Origin: the human T2T-CHM13v2.0 reference genome, Homo sapiens
Direction: 5' to 3' (one strand)
Assembly: GCF_009914755.1 (NCBI RefSeq)
Contig: NC_060928.1
DNA length: 64,000 nucleotides
Under the pieces are notes generated by a model. It made no database searches. It saw nothing but the letters and a program-made list of their open reading frames with translations, and was not told where the DNA came from. Position 1 is the stretch's first letter, and each line of letters begins with the position of its first letter. A program made the translations under genes and the position numbers. This document shows, in pieces, positions 43,452 to 58,200 of this stretch.

Positions 43452-45159
43452 TTATACTTGATGCCCTTTACTAATTAAATGAGGTAGGAATCCTGGCATG
43501 AATATGAAGAAACAAAAATAGCAAACTCCAAACATGCCACCCAACTACCTAACATATATTTCTGATCAAAACTTAGGATTCCATATGCAAATAATCTTAC
43601 ATACCTGGTCTTTGTTATATAAATGTTCTGTCCTGAGTTTGAGAAGATCATAACAAGTAGTCTGTCAAACAACCCAGGGTAATAATACAAGTTTTTCTGA
43701 ATCATATCCACACCTTTTATAAAAAATGTCCAGCAGTTGCATTTAGAAATATGTAATAATTTTTACTAAGATGTTGCAACATGCTTTATGGCTTTTCTTC
43801 AAAATTATATTTCCTAATATTGTACAGATTGGTTTCCCATCCTAAAAGTCAGTTTTTTTAAAAAACTGTCCCAAATTTTCGAGTGTCTTCATTTCTTAAA
43901 ATGTTTTTGTAACAAATACTAAAATCATTGAGTGTGTTTTCAACAAAATGAGATTATGTCATAAAATGCGTCTTTAATAACTTTTAGTAACATTTTGAAG
44001 GAACGATGAAATGATTACTTTTCCTTTAGTAGCTTCAGTGACTGTCTAGCAAAATCTCACAAGATGGCAAGAATTAATCCAAAGCTGAACAAAGCTAAGA
44101 CATCACTTCCTAAAAAGCGTTTCTTTTACATAAATAAAATATAAATTAACTTAAAATTTATTTTTGAAAATGTACAAAAGTAATGTGATAGTTGAATTTC
44201 AAAAACAAGGTCCTATGAACTTCCACTTGTAATTTTAAAATAGCAGCTACATTAGAGGTAAAGTTTTAATTTCTGGAAAAGTAATACCTAACGAAAAGAA
44301 TAAATTTTTTTATTTATTTTTCATTTTCTTAGTCTTGTATCTCAAGATTTGCAGCTAGGCTGGAGTTGACAAGTACAGCGCACTCTTAATTAAAGTTACA
44401 TTGAAGACAAAGATTAGAAATAAAAGTAGATGCTTTGTGAAAAGCATTGGCCTTTGGTTTCCCTTTTACACTTTTCTTAGAAGTAAAAAACACGCTATTA
44501 ATAGAGAAGTCTGTACTCATAAATGTCACTGATCCATCAGTTGGTACATTTGAAGAAAAATAAAACTTCTTTCACCTAACAGCAGCTCAGATTGGACCAT
44601 GAACTGCTGTCAAATGTTCACAAAGCCAGGAGGAAATATAAATAGGATTATCTCAGGTAATTTTCTTTTAAAAATTGCCTGTGAGACTTTAGATAACTAG
44701 TGTCTTATACTGCAAATTTATTATCTTGTTTCTTTTCTTTTTCTCATCTCAGTATGCTTATAGACCTCCTCTGAAAGGTTTCGAATCTTACGAGATTTGC
44801 ATTTACATTTCACTTTGCTGCACAGTGCACAAGTGTTCCTTAGTAACGCTGCAACTGATTTTAGCTTAGAAACTTCCACCTTGTATTATTAACTGTCTGG
44901 GAGGATGCCCAGAATTTAACTGGACTACTCTAAGTCACTAACATGCCTTATTAATCAGTACATCAACTCTTAGGGCATAGAAACTCAAAGCAGTACACTA
45001 GAATGAAAAAGATTATTTGTAAGCTAACTAGAAGAAAACTTTAGCAATATAAAAGAGAAAAGGCCGTGATAATTAAAACCAGCACAATTCAGGCTACAGT
45101 TGGAATGAATCTATTCCTACATAGATGTATACAAATTGTTCTAAAACCACTAGCATGAT

Positions 45160-45640
45160 TGAATCAATTAGCTACTGCATAAAAGCCTCAACAATTAGTT
45201 GTTTAAAACACCACCATTTGTTTAGCACATGATTCAGCTACTCAGTAAATTTCGTAGGGTTCAGAGAATAGTTCTGGCATCATTTGGGCTACCCTATGCA
45301 ACTGCGAGTCTCCTGAGAGATTATTTCTGCAGCTTGACTGGCTGATGGTTGGGGTCCCTTGGCCCTCCCATATCATGGAGTCGCTCATCCTCCAGCAGGC
45401 TCGGTTTGTCACATGGCAGTGTCAAGGTTCACAGGGAGAGGGGGAAAGAGAGTATGTCTGGTATCTTGAGGTATCTTCCTGGTACTGGCACACTGTCAAT
45501 TATACCACTTCCTATTGGCCAAAGCATGTCATAAGACTAGCCCACATTTAAGAGGTGGGGAAAGAAACTTTACCCCTTTCTGTATTTATGGCATTTAAAA
45601 TAAGAATTTGGAAAGAAAAATTGAAGCCATCCTTGCAATC
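45160..45640 (-). mobile_element. MLT1F/G/H-type MaLR LTR
   Basis: CTCATCCTCCAGCAGGCT and CTATTGGCCAAAGCATGTCATAAGACTAGCCCACATT motifs. Confidence 0.7.
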
Positions 45641-45700
45641 AGCTTATTGAAATATTTTACTTTCTGAACATTTGTTGAGAGATAAAAGCATTTTACATTT

Positions 45701-45740
<40 letters not shown>

Positions 45741-46067
45741 TCCTTCTTTCCTTCTTTTCTTTTCTTTCTTTTTTTTTTTTTTTTACTTGAGGCAGGATCT
45801 TGCTCTGCCACCCAGGCTGAGTACAGTGGTGTGATCATAGCTCACTACAGCCTGGAACTCCTGGGCTCAGGTGATCCTCCTACTTCAGCCTCTGAGTAGC
45901 TGGGACTATAGGCATACACCACCACACCCTGCTATTTATCTACTTTTTGTAGAGATAAAGTCTTGAGATGTTACCCAGGCTGTTCTCAAACTCCTAGCCT
46001 TAAGCAATCCTCCGCCCTTGGCCTCCCAAAGTTCTGGGATTACAGGCATGAGCCACTGTACTCAGCC
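45701..46067 (-). mobile_element. AluJ with (TTTC)n tail
   Basis: Antisense dimer with CTCACTACAGCC...CTCCTGGGCTCA J features; TSD TACATTT; TTTC microsatellite ~45698-45770. Confidence 0.93.
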
Positions 46068-46704
46068 TACATTTCCCAATACTGTGATTTAAAATAAGCT
46101 GTTGAATTCCACCTTACTATGACAATTTTATTGAATCATTTTTTAAAAACTATCTATGAAATCCCCATCCCAACTTCTGTTTCTTTCCATAATGCTAGGA
46201 TTTCTGAGTAATTTAAAATGCAGAGACATCTGATGGAGCTATATTTTGCTTAAGACTATTAGAAATATATGGTTTGGAAGAATAATTCCAATTAGTCTTT
46301 TTCAAACATTTACTATATGACTGTTATTGTTATATAATCTATTGGGTACAAATGAAATGAAAGTAAATTGTCCTTCCTGTAAGGGGATTATATTCATTTT
46401 GAAGATGCAAGGTTATATATATAATTATTAGTCAAATAAGAAATGTTAGAAACTATTTGATCTATTTATATATTTTATAGAAATGTCTCCTCCTATAATA
46501 GTCCTACTGTTTATGACACAACTTGAGAACACTGTAATGCCCAATAAGGTGGTAGGTTGTAAGGCAAGCAAGAAATACAAAAGGAATTAGAATTAGGAGA
46601 GAGACATCGAAGCAAGTATTTTCAGGGAAGATTACATTGAGCGGGTGGGACTTAAATGGGCCTTGAATGGTCTTGGTATTTGTGCAAATATTAAATTAGC
46701 ATCT

Positions 46705-46840
46705 CCCTATTCTGAGCCCACCCTTCTACACTCTTCTCTAACATATTAGAGTTACAACTCTACAAACCTATTCTTCCTTTTCAGCTGGCTTCGTGTTAGG
46801 CTCTGCCAACAGGGAGCATTAGAGGGAGACTAAAAAGCTT
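46705..46840. mobile_element. LTR33-like (ERVL) fragment
   Basis: CAGCTGGCTTCGTGTTAGGCTCTGCCAACAGGGAGCATTAGAGGGAGACT motif. Confidence 0.5.
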
Positions 46841-47199
46841 AAGAAATTATTATTACTATTTTTATGAGACTTAATCCTAAGAATGGCAAGGATTCATTGG
46901 TTGGCATTTGTTCTGAAAATGAGGACTCTTCACCCATGACCCTCTCCTGACAGAGCATGGGACCCACCTGGAGATGAGTTGAGCCAAGTCTATGGAAGGA
47001 AAGTCTGGGGACAAAGAACAGGAATGGTCATGAGAAGATTAAAGGGTATGGTTACACAATTGGACTCATTGAAACAGAAGGTCTCTATTGGGAAATGATG
47101 GAAAATATGCATGGATATAGAGGTAGATTATCTTGGAAAGTCAGGCAGAATTGCTGCCTTAACAAACATAACCACAGTGTTACAGTAAAGAAATGTTGG

Positions 47200-47521
47200 G
47201 GCTAGGTGCGGTCCCTCATGTCTGAAACCCCAGCACTCTGAGAGATCAAAGTGGGAGAATCACTTGAGGTCAGGAGGTGTAGACCAGCCTGGGCAACATA
47301 GTGAGACCTCATCTCTACAAAAAATAAAAAAAAAAAAATAGCCAGTCATGATGGTGCACACACTTCCAAACTATCAAAGCAGTGTCAGCTACTTTGGAGG
47401 TTGAGGCAGGAGAAACACTTGAGCCCAGGATTTGGAGGCTGCAGTGAGCTATGATTGTGCCACTGCACTCCAGTGCACTCTGGTCAGCAGAGCAAGACCT
47501 TATCCCTGAAAAAATAAGATA
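47200..47521 (+). mobile_element. AluJ, diverged, with a short internal insertion
   Basis: Dimer; 13-bp TSD AAAGAAATGTTGG (47187-47199, 47522-47534). Confidence 0.9.
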
Positions 47522-47994
47522 AAAGAAATGTTGGAAACTTCAGTTTCTATGTGCTCTTATTTAATATTATCCTAAGGAAGTCAGCATTCCTATTTTAAAG
47601 GACACACTGAATATTATTGGTGGATCTATAATGTTTGCTTAAATTGCTTTTCACGTTATTTTATTTATTTAAAAAATAATTTTCTTAAGGAAAACTAATT
47701 TGATCCTGATTTTACATTGTACAGCAGTGATATGAATAAATGGTAGATTGAAGATCACAAATGACCTAGGCAGCCAGTAGTGAACGAGAAGAGCTGGATT
47801 TACTACTATTGTTAGACTTTTCAAGGCTCACCTTGAAGAAATGTAGCACAGCTGCAAAAAGCTGGAAAGTGATGTATATTTTTCAGAAATGGCAGACAAT
47901 AATGAGGACAAGTGAGACTGCCCTATTTAAAGAACTGTAAAGTTGTACACGGCATGGACTGATCCAGGTGTAGCACAATGCTAGGCACAGAAAG

Positions 47995-48210
47995 AGAATA
48001 GCTAACATGTATTAAACAGTCCCTAAGCACCAGGCAATATGTTAAGTATATTGTATGGTCTATTTGATTTAATCCTTGTAACCCTATGAGAGAGATGGTA
48101 TCATTGTCCTCACATCACAGAAGCTGGAAAAGAGGCTTTGAAATTTAGTAATATCTATATTCAAAACCAACTGGACTCCAAAGGTCACACTTAACTAGTG
48201 CATTTACCTA
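47995..48210 (-). mobile_element. MIR
   Basis: AATAGCTAACATGTATTAA...CACCAGGCA...TTTAATCCTTGTAACCCTATGAG. Confidence 0.7.
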
Positions 48211-50024
48211 GAAAAAACTTAATTAATAGGTAGTGAATAATTAACTGAATTAATCTGTGCAGAAAGAGTAATCTTGCTCTTCACCATCATAATGTGTATT
48301 TTATACCATCTGCCATAGATATTGAACATACCATCAGCACAATTCTACTCAAAAACAAACAGAAAACATAATGCTTATAATAAAAAGGACTTCCAAAATC
48401 AACCGAAGGCCTGAAACCTGGTAAGCACAGTCTATAAGAAGTGCCAGTATATTGTCTTAATTTTCAATAAGTAGCACAGCGCAAAGGTATTGCAAGCCAT
48501 ATGGATTTTGACAACCGTGCTTTAATAACTTTGGAAAAGCCTTACTACTTGTTAAAAAAAGGAAAAAAAGGTTTTAGTTGGCTTCTTACAATTAACCACC
48601 CTAAAGGACTTTTCTCCCAAAACGGAACAGTTGATTCCACAATTCATGCAATCTAAAAATCAAAGTATCTCTATACATGAGATATATAACCTTCATACAC
48701 GTATTCGTGTGCATGGGCCTGCACACACACATACACAACACACACAGACTCAGAATGTTGGAGCTAAGAAGGTCCCCTGGGATCCTCAAGTCCATCCCCC
48801 CAACACCCAGGTTTGCGTATTTCACCCAGTTCATAGCTCAAGGCTGATATTCAGATGGTCTGCACCAGTTTGTACGTACCAGTTAATAAAATGAGAAAAT
48901 GATTCAGAGGCAGCTGGTAAACAACTATAGTCATTTCCTCTAGTCTCCCAGGGTCTTAACTCCACCTCTGCAATTAAGTTTTCCTGATTCCTACCCTGAA
49001 ACACCTAGGGACCTTTTCCTGATCTAGCAACCAAAGAGTGAACCCATGGGGCAGCAGGAAGCCTCCTCAATGTTCCTGCATGCAGGTTGATCAATATTTT
49101 TAATGTCAACGCTAAGAACTGACTAGAATCCAGAGCTTCAGTCCCAATTCCAGAGTTCTATCTTGTCTAACCACCTGCCTTTCTTAAGTGTTAGTATTTT
49201 ATTGCAATCAAATGAATTTCTTTATTTTTACTGCAAAACACTAGTCCTAGATATTTAAAGGTAACCTTTCCCTTTCCATTCAAACTTAATTCCTTTTGTT
49301 TTGTTTATGTTTTACCATTTTCTCCAACTCATTGTGCAGTTTATTGATGCCACTGTGAATCCAATCACATTACTGTTCTCTTTCAATGCTTTTTTTCTCT
49401 TCTGTATTTAGCCAAATTTTTTTAGCTATTGCCCTTTCTTCTTTTTTTATGACACATTTTTACCCAACAAATATGTAGTGATCTAGGAATGATCTAGCTG
49501 AATGTCTTGCATGTCTAAACCATTTTTCCTTTTCTGTATATTATTTCAAATATTCATTGAAACTGTAAAAATTAACTAACAGTGAATCAATAAGAATTGA
49601 CTTGATATATAATGATAAAGTTTTGTGTACAGGGCTTAGGCTCTTAGAATTTTTTGCACAGCGCTTAGAAAGTAAGAGCTCACTATTTATTATGTTACAC
49701 ATTTGAGTGAATTCATGCAGCTTCCAAAAATGATGAGAGCTGACTAAATTTCAGTTGGCTCACTTAATTTTCACATCACTCATTTACTTAGTCAACAATT
49801 CAGTTTTTTTCTTTTTCTTCTCTCTAATATCCAACAATGTAACAGTCATACTTCCTGGGAAATGTTCAGATAAGGATAAAGAAATTCAGGGCTGGTCCCT
49901 CTAACTACCTGCTTATTTTAATCTGCTATAGTACAACATCTCCATGCTATATATGCTATTGCAAATTCATAGAAGTTTTAGAAAAGGAAGGGAAACCTCT
50001 AAAGTCTCATAATCAATGTTTCCC

Positions 50025-50330
50025 TTTATTGAGTCACTATTACATACCAGGCATAGGTCTAAGAGTTGCATGGGTCACTCAATGTTCTGTACATATTTTC
50101 TAGTTTGATTCTCATGCTAGCCCTTTGGGATGTGAATTATTATTATCTCCATTTTGCAGAAGGCATGAAGAAGTTCAATAATTGTTCTGTATCCACACTG
50201 AAAGCAATGGAGATATTTTGACTCCTGAATCTGAACCCTTTAGTTAGTACATTGTACATCTAATACTTGCCAAAACCTTGTGAAACAGGTAGTGTATCAA
50301 ATTTTTATGGAAGAGGAAACTGAGCTCATA
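50025..50330 (-). mobile_element. MIR remnants
   Basis: ATTATTATCTCCATTTTGCAGA and GAAGAGGAAACTGAG cores. Confidence 0.65.
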
Positions 50331-50802
50331 TGATTTTATGGGTTTAAGTGTGTCCTTAAACATACAAATGTATGTTTAAGTTTTAACCACCCCCAACCCA
50401 TACCCCTGAATGTGACCTTATTTGGAAACAGGGTCATTGCAGCTGTAATTCGTTAGGATAAGGTCATACTGGAGTAGATATGGGCCCTTATTCCCATATA
50501 AGGCCCATTTAAAAGGTAAATTTGGACACAGGAAGGAAGAGAAGACTATGCGAAGACTCAGACACAGAGGGAAGGTGGCCACATGAAGACAGAGACAGAA
50601 ATTAAAATTATGCTGACACAAACCAAAGAATGCCTGGGGCTACCAGAGGCTGGAAAAGGCAAGAAAGAATCCTCTGCTAGAGTCTTGGCAGAAGTAGCAT
50701 GCCATGTCATGCACTCCTGGCCCGTAGAACTGTAAAAGAATAAGTTTTTTGTTGCTTTAAGCCCCCCATTTTATGGTACTTTGTTACTGCAGCCCTCAGA
50801 AA
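50331..50802 (+). mobile_element. MLT1C-like MaLR LTR
   Basis: GAATGTGACCTTATTTGGAAACAGGGTCATTGCAG and TTTATGGTACTTTGTTACTGCAGCCC. Confidence 0.85.
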
Positions 50803-50999
50803 GGAGGAGAGTGTTTAGCGTTTTTGCTAAAGGCCATGATTTAGTAAGTGGCAGGTACAAAATTATTGATGTGGATGAATAAATTCAATTCTTGATATAT
50901 CTGAATTTTCCAAAGACATGGAATTAAGCATTTTCTAAATGCCTGATAATTGCTTCCTGTACTTGTCCTCAGCCTTTCCCCACTACACCTAACAACTTC

Positions 51000-52407
51000 T
51001 GCATCATTTGTCCCACAAATAAACTATGTGTGCTACCATTGAAGGCCAATCTACGCACTATCCCAGGCCATCTTGCCTACTCAAGACTCCAATATTTCTC
51101 CCCTTCTCCTTCTACATCATTTGCCTACTCTCTATTGGCTCACTCAGCATATAAGGCTGCTGTTATTTTTTCTCATTTTTAAAATCAACAAACACACACA
51201 CTGCTTTTGACTCCACTGCTTGTATCAGCTACTGCCCCATCCCTTCGTTGTTTTGCAGCAAAATGGTGCAAAAGAGTTATGTATCATATACACTGTTTTG
51301 GATTCTTCTGCCATTTTACCTTAAAACCACTTTGGTATCACTCCACTGAAACTTCCCTAGGGAGGACAACAATGACCTCCATGTCACTCAAGCCAGTGAT
51401 CACTTCTGGTTGCTTATCTAAGTTGACTAATTGTCACGGTGATGACACATATATACAAAATGTTTCACCTGAAGTTCAAGATAGACTTTCTTTACAAGGC
51501 TTCCAAAATATCAAAGTGTGTTTTCCTCCTATGTCTGTAGTTGCTTCTTGGCCTCTTTTGCTACTCTTTCCTCTTCTTTACCTCTTCAGGTTGAAAAGCC
51601 TCAGGACTTAAATATCAGTGCTTTTCACCACTTTGTCTAAACTGCTCCCTTCCTGAGTTAATCTGTATGCCTCTGACTCCCAAATTGATATCTCAAATTG
51701 ATATCTCCATTCTCAAATCCTCTGCTAGACTTCAGATTAATACAAATGCACCACTGTTTTCTTCGAGTCTATGTTCAACACAGTAGCCAGAGTGATCCTT
51801 TTAAAACCTAAAAGCTGGATCATGCCACTGCTCTGCACAGAGCTCTGCAATGTGTTCCATCTTTAACATCTTTGAAATGGCCTACACATCCCTCCATTCT
51901 CTGAGCTTTTCTACCAGTTTTTCCCCCATCCTTCATTTACTCTGATCCTGCACACAAGCCTACTCGTTGTTCCTTGGATGAGTCCTTCATACTCCCAACG
52001 CAGAGCAGCCCTCAGGCTCTTTCCTAAGCCTAGAGTGCTCTTTTCTCAGATATTTGCTTGGCTAATTCCAATTCTCACACACCCATCACAACTCCACTCA
52101 GACCTCACCGACTCTGTGAGGCTTTCTCTGGACATCCTACTGAACATTGCAAGCTGCCGGCCCCACCCTGTCTCCACCCTAGCACCCCTGCCCCTGATTT
52201 CCTGATTCATGCTTCCTTTTTGCCATAATAATTTAATCTACTATACAATTTAATTATTTATTAAGTTCTAATTTTTATACTGTCTTCCTATGGTAGAATG
52301 TAAGCTCTCCAAGGGCAATGTTCCCAAACTGTTTTGCCCATTGGTATCCCAGAGGATGCCCAGAGCCTGGCATATACTAACTGTACAGAAAACATTTGTT
52401 GAATGAC
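51000..52407 (+). mobile_element. L2 remnant(s)
   Basis: ACAGTAGCCAGAGTGATCCTTTTAAAAC, TAGAATGTAAGCTCTCCAAGGGCA, ends ATTTGTTGAATGA. Confidence 0.75.
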
Positions 52408-54268
52408 AGAACTATAATCAGTGATAACTTAATCACTATACATTGGCACTGTGGTAAGATGCTTCTTTTTGGTTCATATATAAGAGTAAAGAATCTTCTA
52501 AGAAATATTGGCATTTCCAGAGCTTATACTTGCCTACTTTCTTATATCACTTAGATGAAAATAATTATTGGAAAAGGAATATAATATTTATAGATTTTTA
52601 ATAAATAGTTCTTGTTTTATATTATTCTCTTGATTCTCTTGGAATGAATGAAAGTTTTTCTCTTGGGTCATTTTTCTGTGATCCAGTAAAAAATAAAAGA
52701 CAGCTGTTCTATTTTTGCACTGTATTCCTTACTGCAGTTCATAGCACAATCAATACTGATTTACATTAATGCAAAACTTATTGCCTCTACCAAATAAGCT
52801 TCCAAAAGGGTCTTCTGAATAAATTGAAAAAATGGTGCTAAAAGTTCAGCAAATCTCAAATCATAATTGGATAGCTGTGCCCTCAGCTGGTAAAAAATTG
52901 TATGAGGTGCTGAGTGTAATTTTATTTATTGATTTCCTTCGTTCTAGAGTTGGTGAAGGGCAATAAAAGGAATAGTTAAATCAAAATGTTGAAATGTTGT
53001 GATTTATTAATAGAAAGAATGTGTCACATCTCTCTGCACACCTACAAAATTGCTTATTTTGTCCTTAATGTATTTTCAGACAGTGTTTTTATTTGGGAAA
53101 CCAAAATGACCACCAGGTCACTTTTCAATAATGTCTTTCTTCTTTGAATCTCTCAGTAAGAAAAGTTTCATTTACTTTATGTGTTATGATTCATGGTAAA
53201 TTATTTATGATACGATCAGGTAATTGGAAGTATCTCATGATTCCCTCCAATCTTTATTTTCATAGATTTTAATTTTTCAGGTAGAACAATTCAGTCATGG
53301 ACAAGGTTGGCAGAAAAAAAAAAAAGCATTCCAATTTGAGTGGACAGGTGCAGTATTAGACATCCAAAAAGGCATTTAGGCAGGTGTTTTTCCAAGTGGT
53401 TATAAACTATGGTATGTACAATTTACTTTTTCGGCATTTTCAATTTGGAGACAGAAATATATTTATATGTTTTTCTTAGTAACTTTGTTTCATGGGAATT
53501 TTCTTGAATTCATATAATCCTAGATTTAAAAATTCATATCCTATAAGGGATCTGAATTAATAGATGTTTAGAAATCTAGAGAATTTAGAGAAGTTTAGAA
53601 TACAGTCAGCCATTAGTGAAATGTAGAGCATGATCAGCCTTTAGTGAAAATCAAAGTGAAATCTCCAGATAACGAAATCATGTCATACTTCTATCCAGGG
53701 ATCCATCCAGATAAGTTTTAGTTTAAGGCCTCTGAATAATGTGTCCAATCAACCCTCAGGCTTATTCTATGAAAAGTGTGTTTTATAATAAAATATTCCT
53801 TTATGCTAATTTGCCTTTTGCAGCATTTACTTGCATCTGGATGCCATAATAATTTTTTTAGTGAATTAAAGATATAACTGCAATACTATAAGTGATGGCA
53901 GCAGCTCCTCAAGCACCAGTAGTTCCTTAGACTGCACCTATCTGATATCCAGTCGAATTGGAGCTTCAACACAATGTAAACTGTCTTGGTCCATTCCAGA
54001 TGCTAAAACAAAATATCATAAACTGGGTAACTTATGAACAAAATAAATGTATTTTCACACTTCTGGAGGCTGTGAATGGGAAGTCCCAGATCAAGACACT
54101 TCCTCGTTCATAGAAATGGCACCCTCTCGCTGTGTTCTAACATGGCAGAAGGAGCAAGGCAGTTTCCTGAGGCCTCTTTTGCAAAGGCACTAATTGCATT
54201 CATGTGGTGTTCACCCTTATGCCCCAGTCACCTCTCAAAGGCCCCACATCCCGATACCATCACATAGA

Positions 54269-55407
<1,139 letters not shown>

Positions 55408-55956
55408 CAGAAATTCACTCAGAAGCAACACATGGTAAGATGGTAAAAGACTTAACTGGCTGGCTGTGCTCACTCTCCCACCTTAACCTCACTTTTCTCT
55501 GCCTATGATGAACAACAGATCTCAGGGAAGGTCAAATTCCATGCTGTGATTTGTAATTCATCTAATAACAAAACAGGAGAGTAAACAATTACATTTATTT
55601 TATTAATTTTAAATTTGGATGCTTGTTGTAGGCTGTGTCTCTTTGAAAATCAGATACATACTGAGGAGGAAACACAATTGACTCTTTAACGCTGTAAAAA
55701 AATCAGAGGTGATTTTTTTCCCATCAAAGTTTTCTATTGGAGAAATAGAATATGCAGTAGAAAAAAAACAGGAAGAAATGCATGGCCTTAGTGGAAACAA
55801 ACTTCTGCATTATTTTTTCTATTCATTGTTCTGGCTTTAGATATCAGCCCAGAAGATAATGACCTGGAGGTAGTGGCTGCCTGTTGGGTAGAGGCACTCT
55901 TTGTACCTGTGGAGTTCATTCCAAAAGAGGCAGATGCCCTTAGAATCAGCTTTTCT

Positions 55957-57588
55957 AATTACCATTACTACAATCTACAGATTCAATGCAATTCCTGTCA
56001 AATTACAAATGTCATTTTTCACAGAATTAGAAAAAAAAAGTCCTAAAATTCATATGGGACCAAACAAGAGCCCAAATAGCCAAAGCAATCCTAAGCAAAA
56101 AGAACAAAGTTGGAGGCATCACATTACCTAACTTTGTTTGCTACAAGGCTGTAGTAACCAAACAGCATGGACTCGTGTAAAAGTAGACACTTAGACCAGT
56201 GGAACAGAGTAGAGAACACCAAAATAAAGCCAAATACCTACAGCCAGCTGCTCTTTGACAAAGCAGACAAAACATGCACTAGGGAAAGGGCACTCTATTC
56301 AACAAATGGTGTTAGGAAAATTGGATAGACATAGGCAGAAGAATTAAACTGGATCCGTTTCTCTCACCATAGACAAATTAACTCAAGGTGGATTAAAGAC
56401 TTACATGTAAGGCTGGAAACCATAAAAATTCTAGGAGAAACCCTAGGAAACACTATTCTGGACATAGGCCTAGGCAAAGAGTTTATGACTGAGACCTTGA
56501 AAGAAAATGCAACAAAAACAAAAATGAATAAATGAGATAAACTAAAAAGCTTCCGCACAGCAAAATAAATAATCAACAGAGTAAATAGACAATGTACAGA
56601 GTGAGATAAAATATTTATGAACTATACTTCTGAAAAAAGACTAATATCCAGAACCTATAAGGAACTCAAACAAATCAGCAACAATAACAACAAAAAACAG
56701 ATAATCTCATTAAAAGTAGGCAAACATCATGAACAGACAGTTCTCAAAAGAAGATGTACCAATGGCCAACAAACATGTGAAAAAATGCTCAACATCACTA
56801 GTTATCAGGGAAATGTAAATTAAAACCACAGTGAGATACCACCTTACCCTAGTCAGAATAGTCATTTTTTTAAAAGTCAGAAAACAAATAGATGTTGGTG
56901 TGGATGTGGTGAAAAAGAATACCTATACACTGCTGGTGGGAATGTGAATTAGTACAGCCTCTATGGAAAGCCATGTGGAGATTTCTCAAAGAACTAAAAG
57001 TAGCTCTACTGTTCCATCCGGGAATCCCACTACTAAGTATCTACCCAGAAGAAAGTAATTCACTGTATTAAAAAAAGACACCTGCACTCATGTGTTTATC
57101 ACAGCACAATTCACAATTGCACATATATGGAGTCAACCTAAGTGCCCATCAACAGATGAATGAATAAAGACAATGAGATGTGTGTATACATACACACACA
57201 CACTTCATTGTTTTATAAATATATGCACACATACACCATGGAATACTACTCAGTTATTAAAAAAGAATGAAATAATGTATTTTGCAGCAACTTGGATGGA
57301 AATGGAGGAGGTTTTCCTAAGTGAAGTAACCAGAAACAGAATGTTCTCACTTGCAAACAGGAGCTAAGCTATGGGCACACAAAGGTATACACAGTGGTGT
57401 AATGGACATTGCAGACTCAGAAAGAGAGAGTGTGGGAGGGAAACAAAGGATTAAAAAATCACCTGTTAGGTATAATGCACACCATTTGGGTGATGGGTAC
57501 ACTGAAACCCCAGACTTCACCACGATACAATCTATCCATGTAACAAAAACCCACTTGAACCCCAAAAGCTATTGAAGTAAAAGGAAAA
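55957..57588 (+). mobile_element. 5'-truncated L1PB-type element (ORF2 3' part plus 3' UTR)
   Basis: IYRFNAIPVKL ORF2 remnant; 3' end CAGACTTCACCAC...CCAAAAGCTATTGAA; 15-bp TSD AGAATCAGCTTTTCT (55942-55956, 57589-57603). Confidence 0.92.
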
Positions 57589-57909
57589 AGAATCAGCTTT
57601 TCTCGCTTCATGTGTTTGTCGATGACCCACTTTAACAAAATACAACTAAAAATCTGAATCTTATTAGAGAGTTAAGTTATGAAGTGTTTGTGTGCTTTTT
57701 ATAAGTAACACAGGATTTTCTTATAGCTATCAAGCTCCACAGAGTTTGATAAAACTATTTAACCTGCAAAATGTTGGTTTACTGATTCTCTTATCAGAGA
57801 CACATGTCATAAATAGAGGCACTCATAGCAAAACACCCCTCATTTTTATTACCTGTTGACAATTCTAGCCAGAGGATTGCCCATTTTTTTACTTAATCAT
57901 CACTCGTGG

Positions 57910-58200
57910 CCAGGCTGGGTACAGTGGCTAATGCCTATAACCTTGGGTCTTTCAAAGACCAAGGCAGGAAAATTCCTTGAGGCCAGGAGTTCAAGACTAT
58001 GTCTCTACAAAATGTTTTTTTTTTAAATTAGTCAGATGTGGTGGCACATATCTATAGTCCCAACTACTTGAGAGGCTGAGACAGGAGGATCCGGATTACT
58101 TCAGCCTAGGAGTTCGAGGTTGCCATGAGTCATGATCACACCACTGCACTCCAGCCTAGGCAACAGGGCAAGGCCCTGTCTCAAAAAAGAAAAAAAAAAA
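57910..58200 (+). mobile_element. AluJ with internal deletion
   Basis: Diverged dimer, poly-A tail, imperfect TSD TCAT(C/A)ACTCGTGG. Confidence 0.88.

Noticed and set aside
51681-51708. Short tandem duplications (CAAATTGATATCT x2; also ~10273-10299, ~41843-41875, ~53606-53650)
   Set aside because: Ordinary slippage-scale duplications.
53220-53280. 61-nt GT-AG mini-intron
   Set aside because: Below the usual minimum human intron length; probably coincidental.
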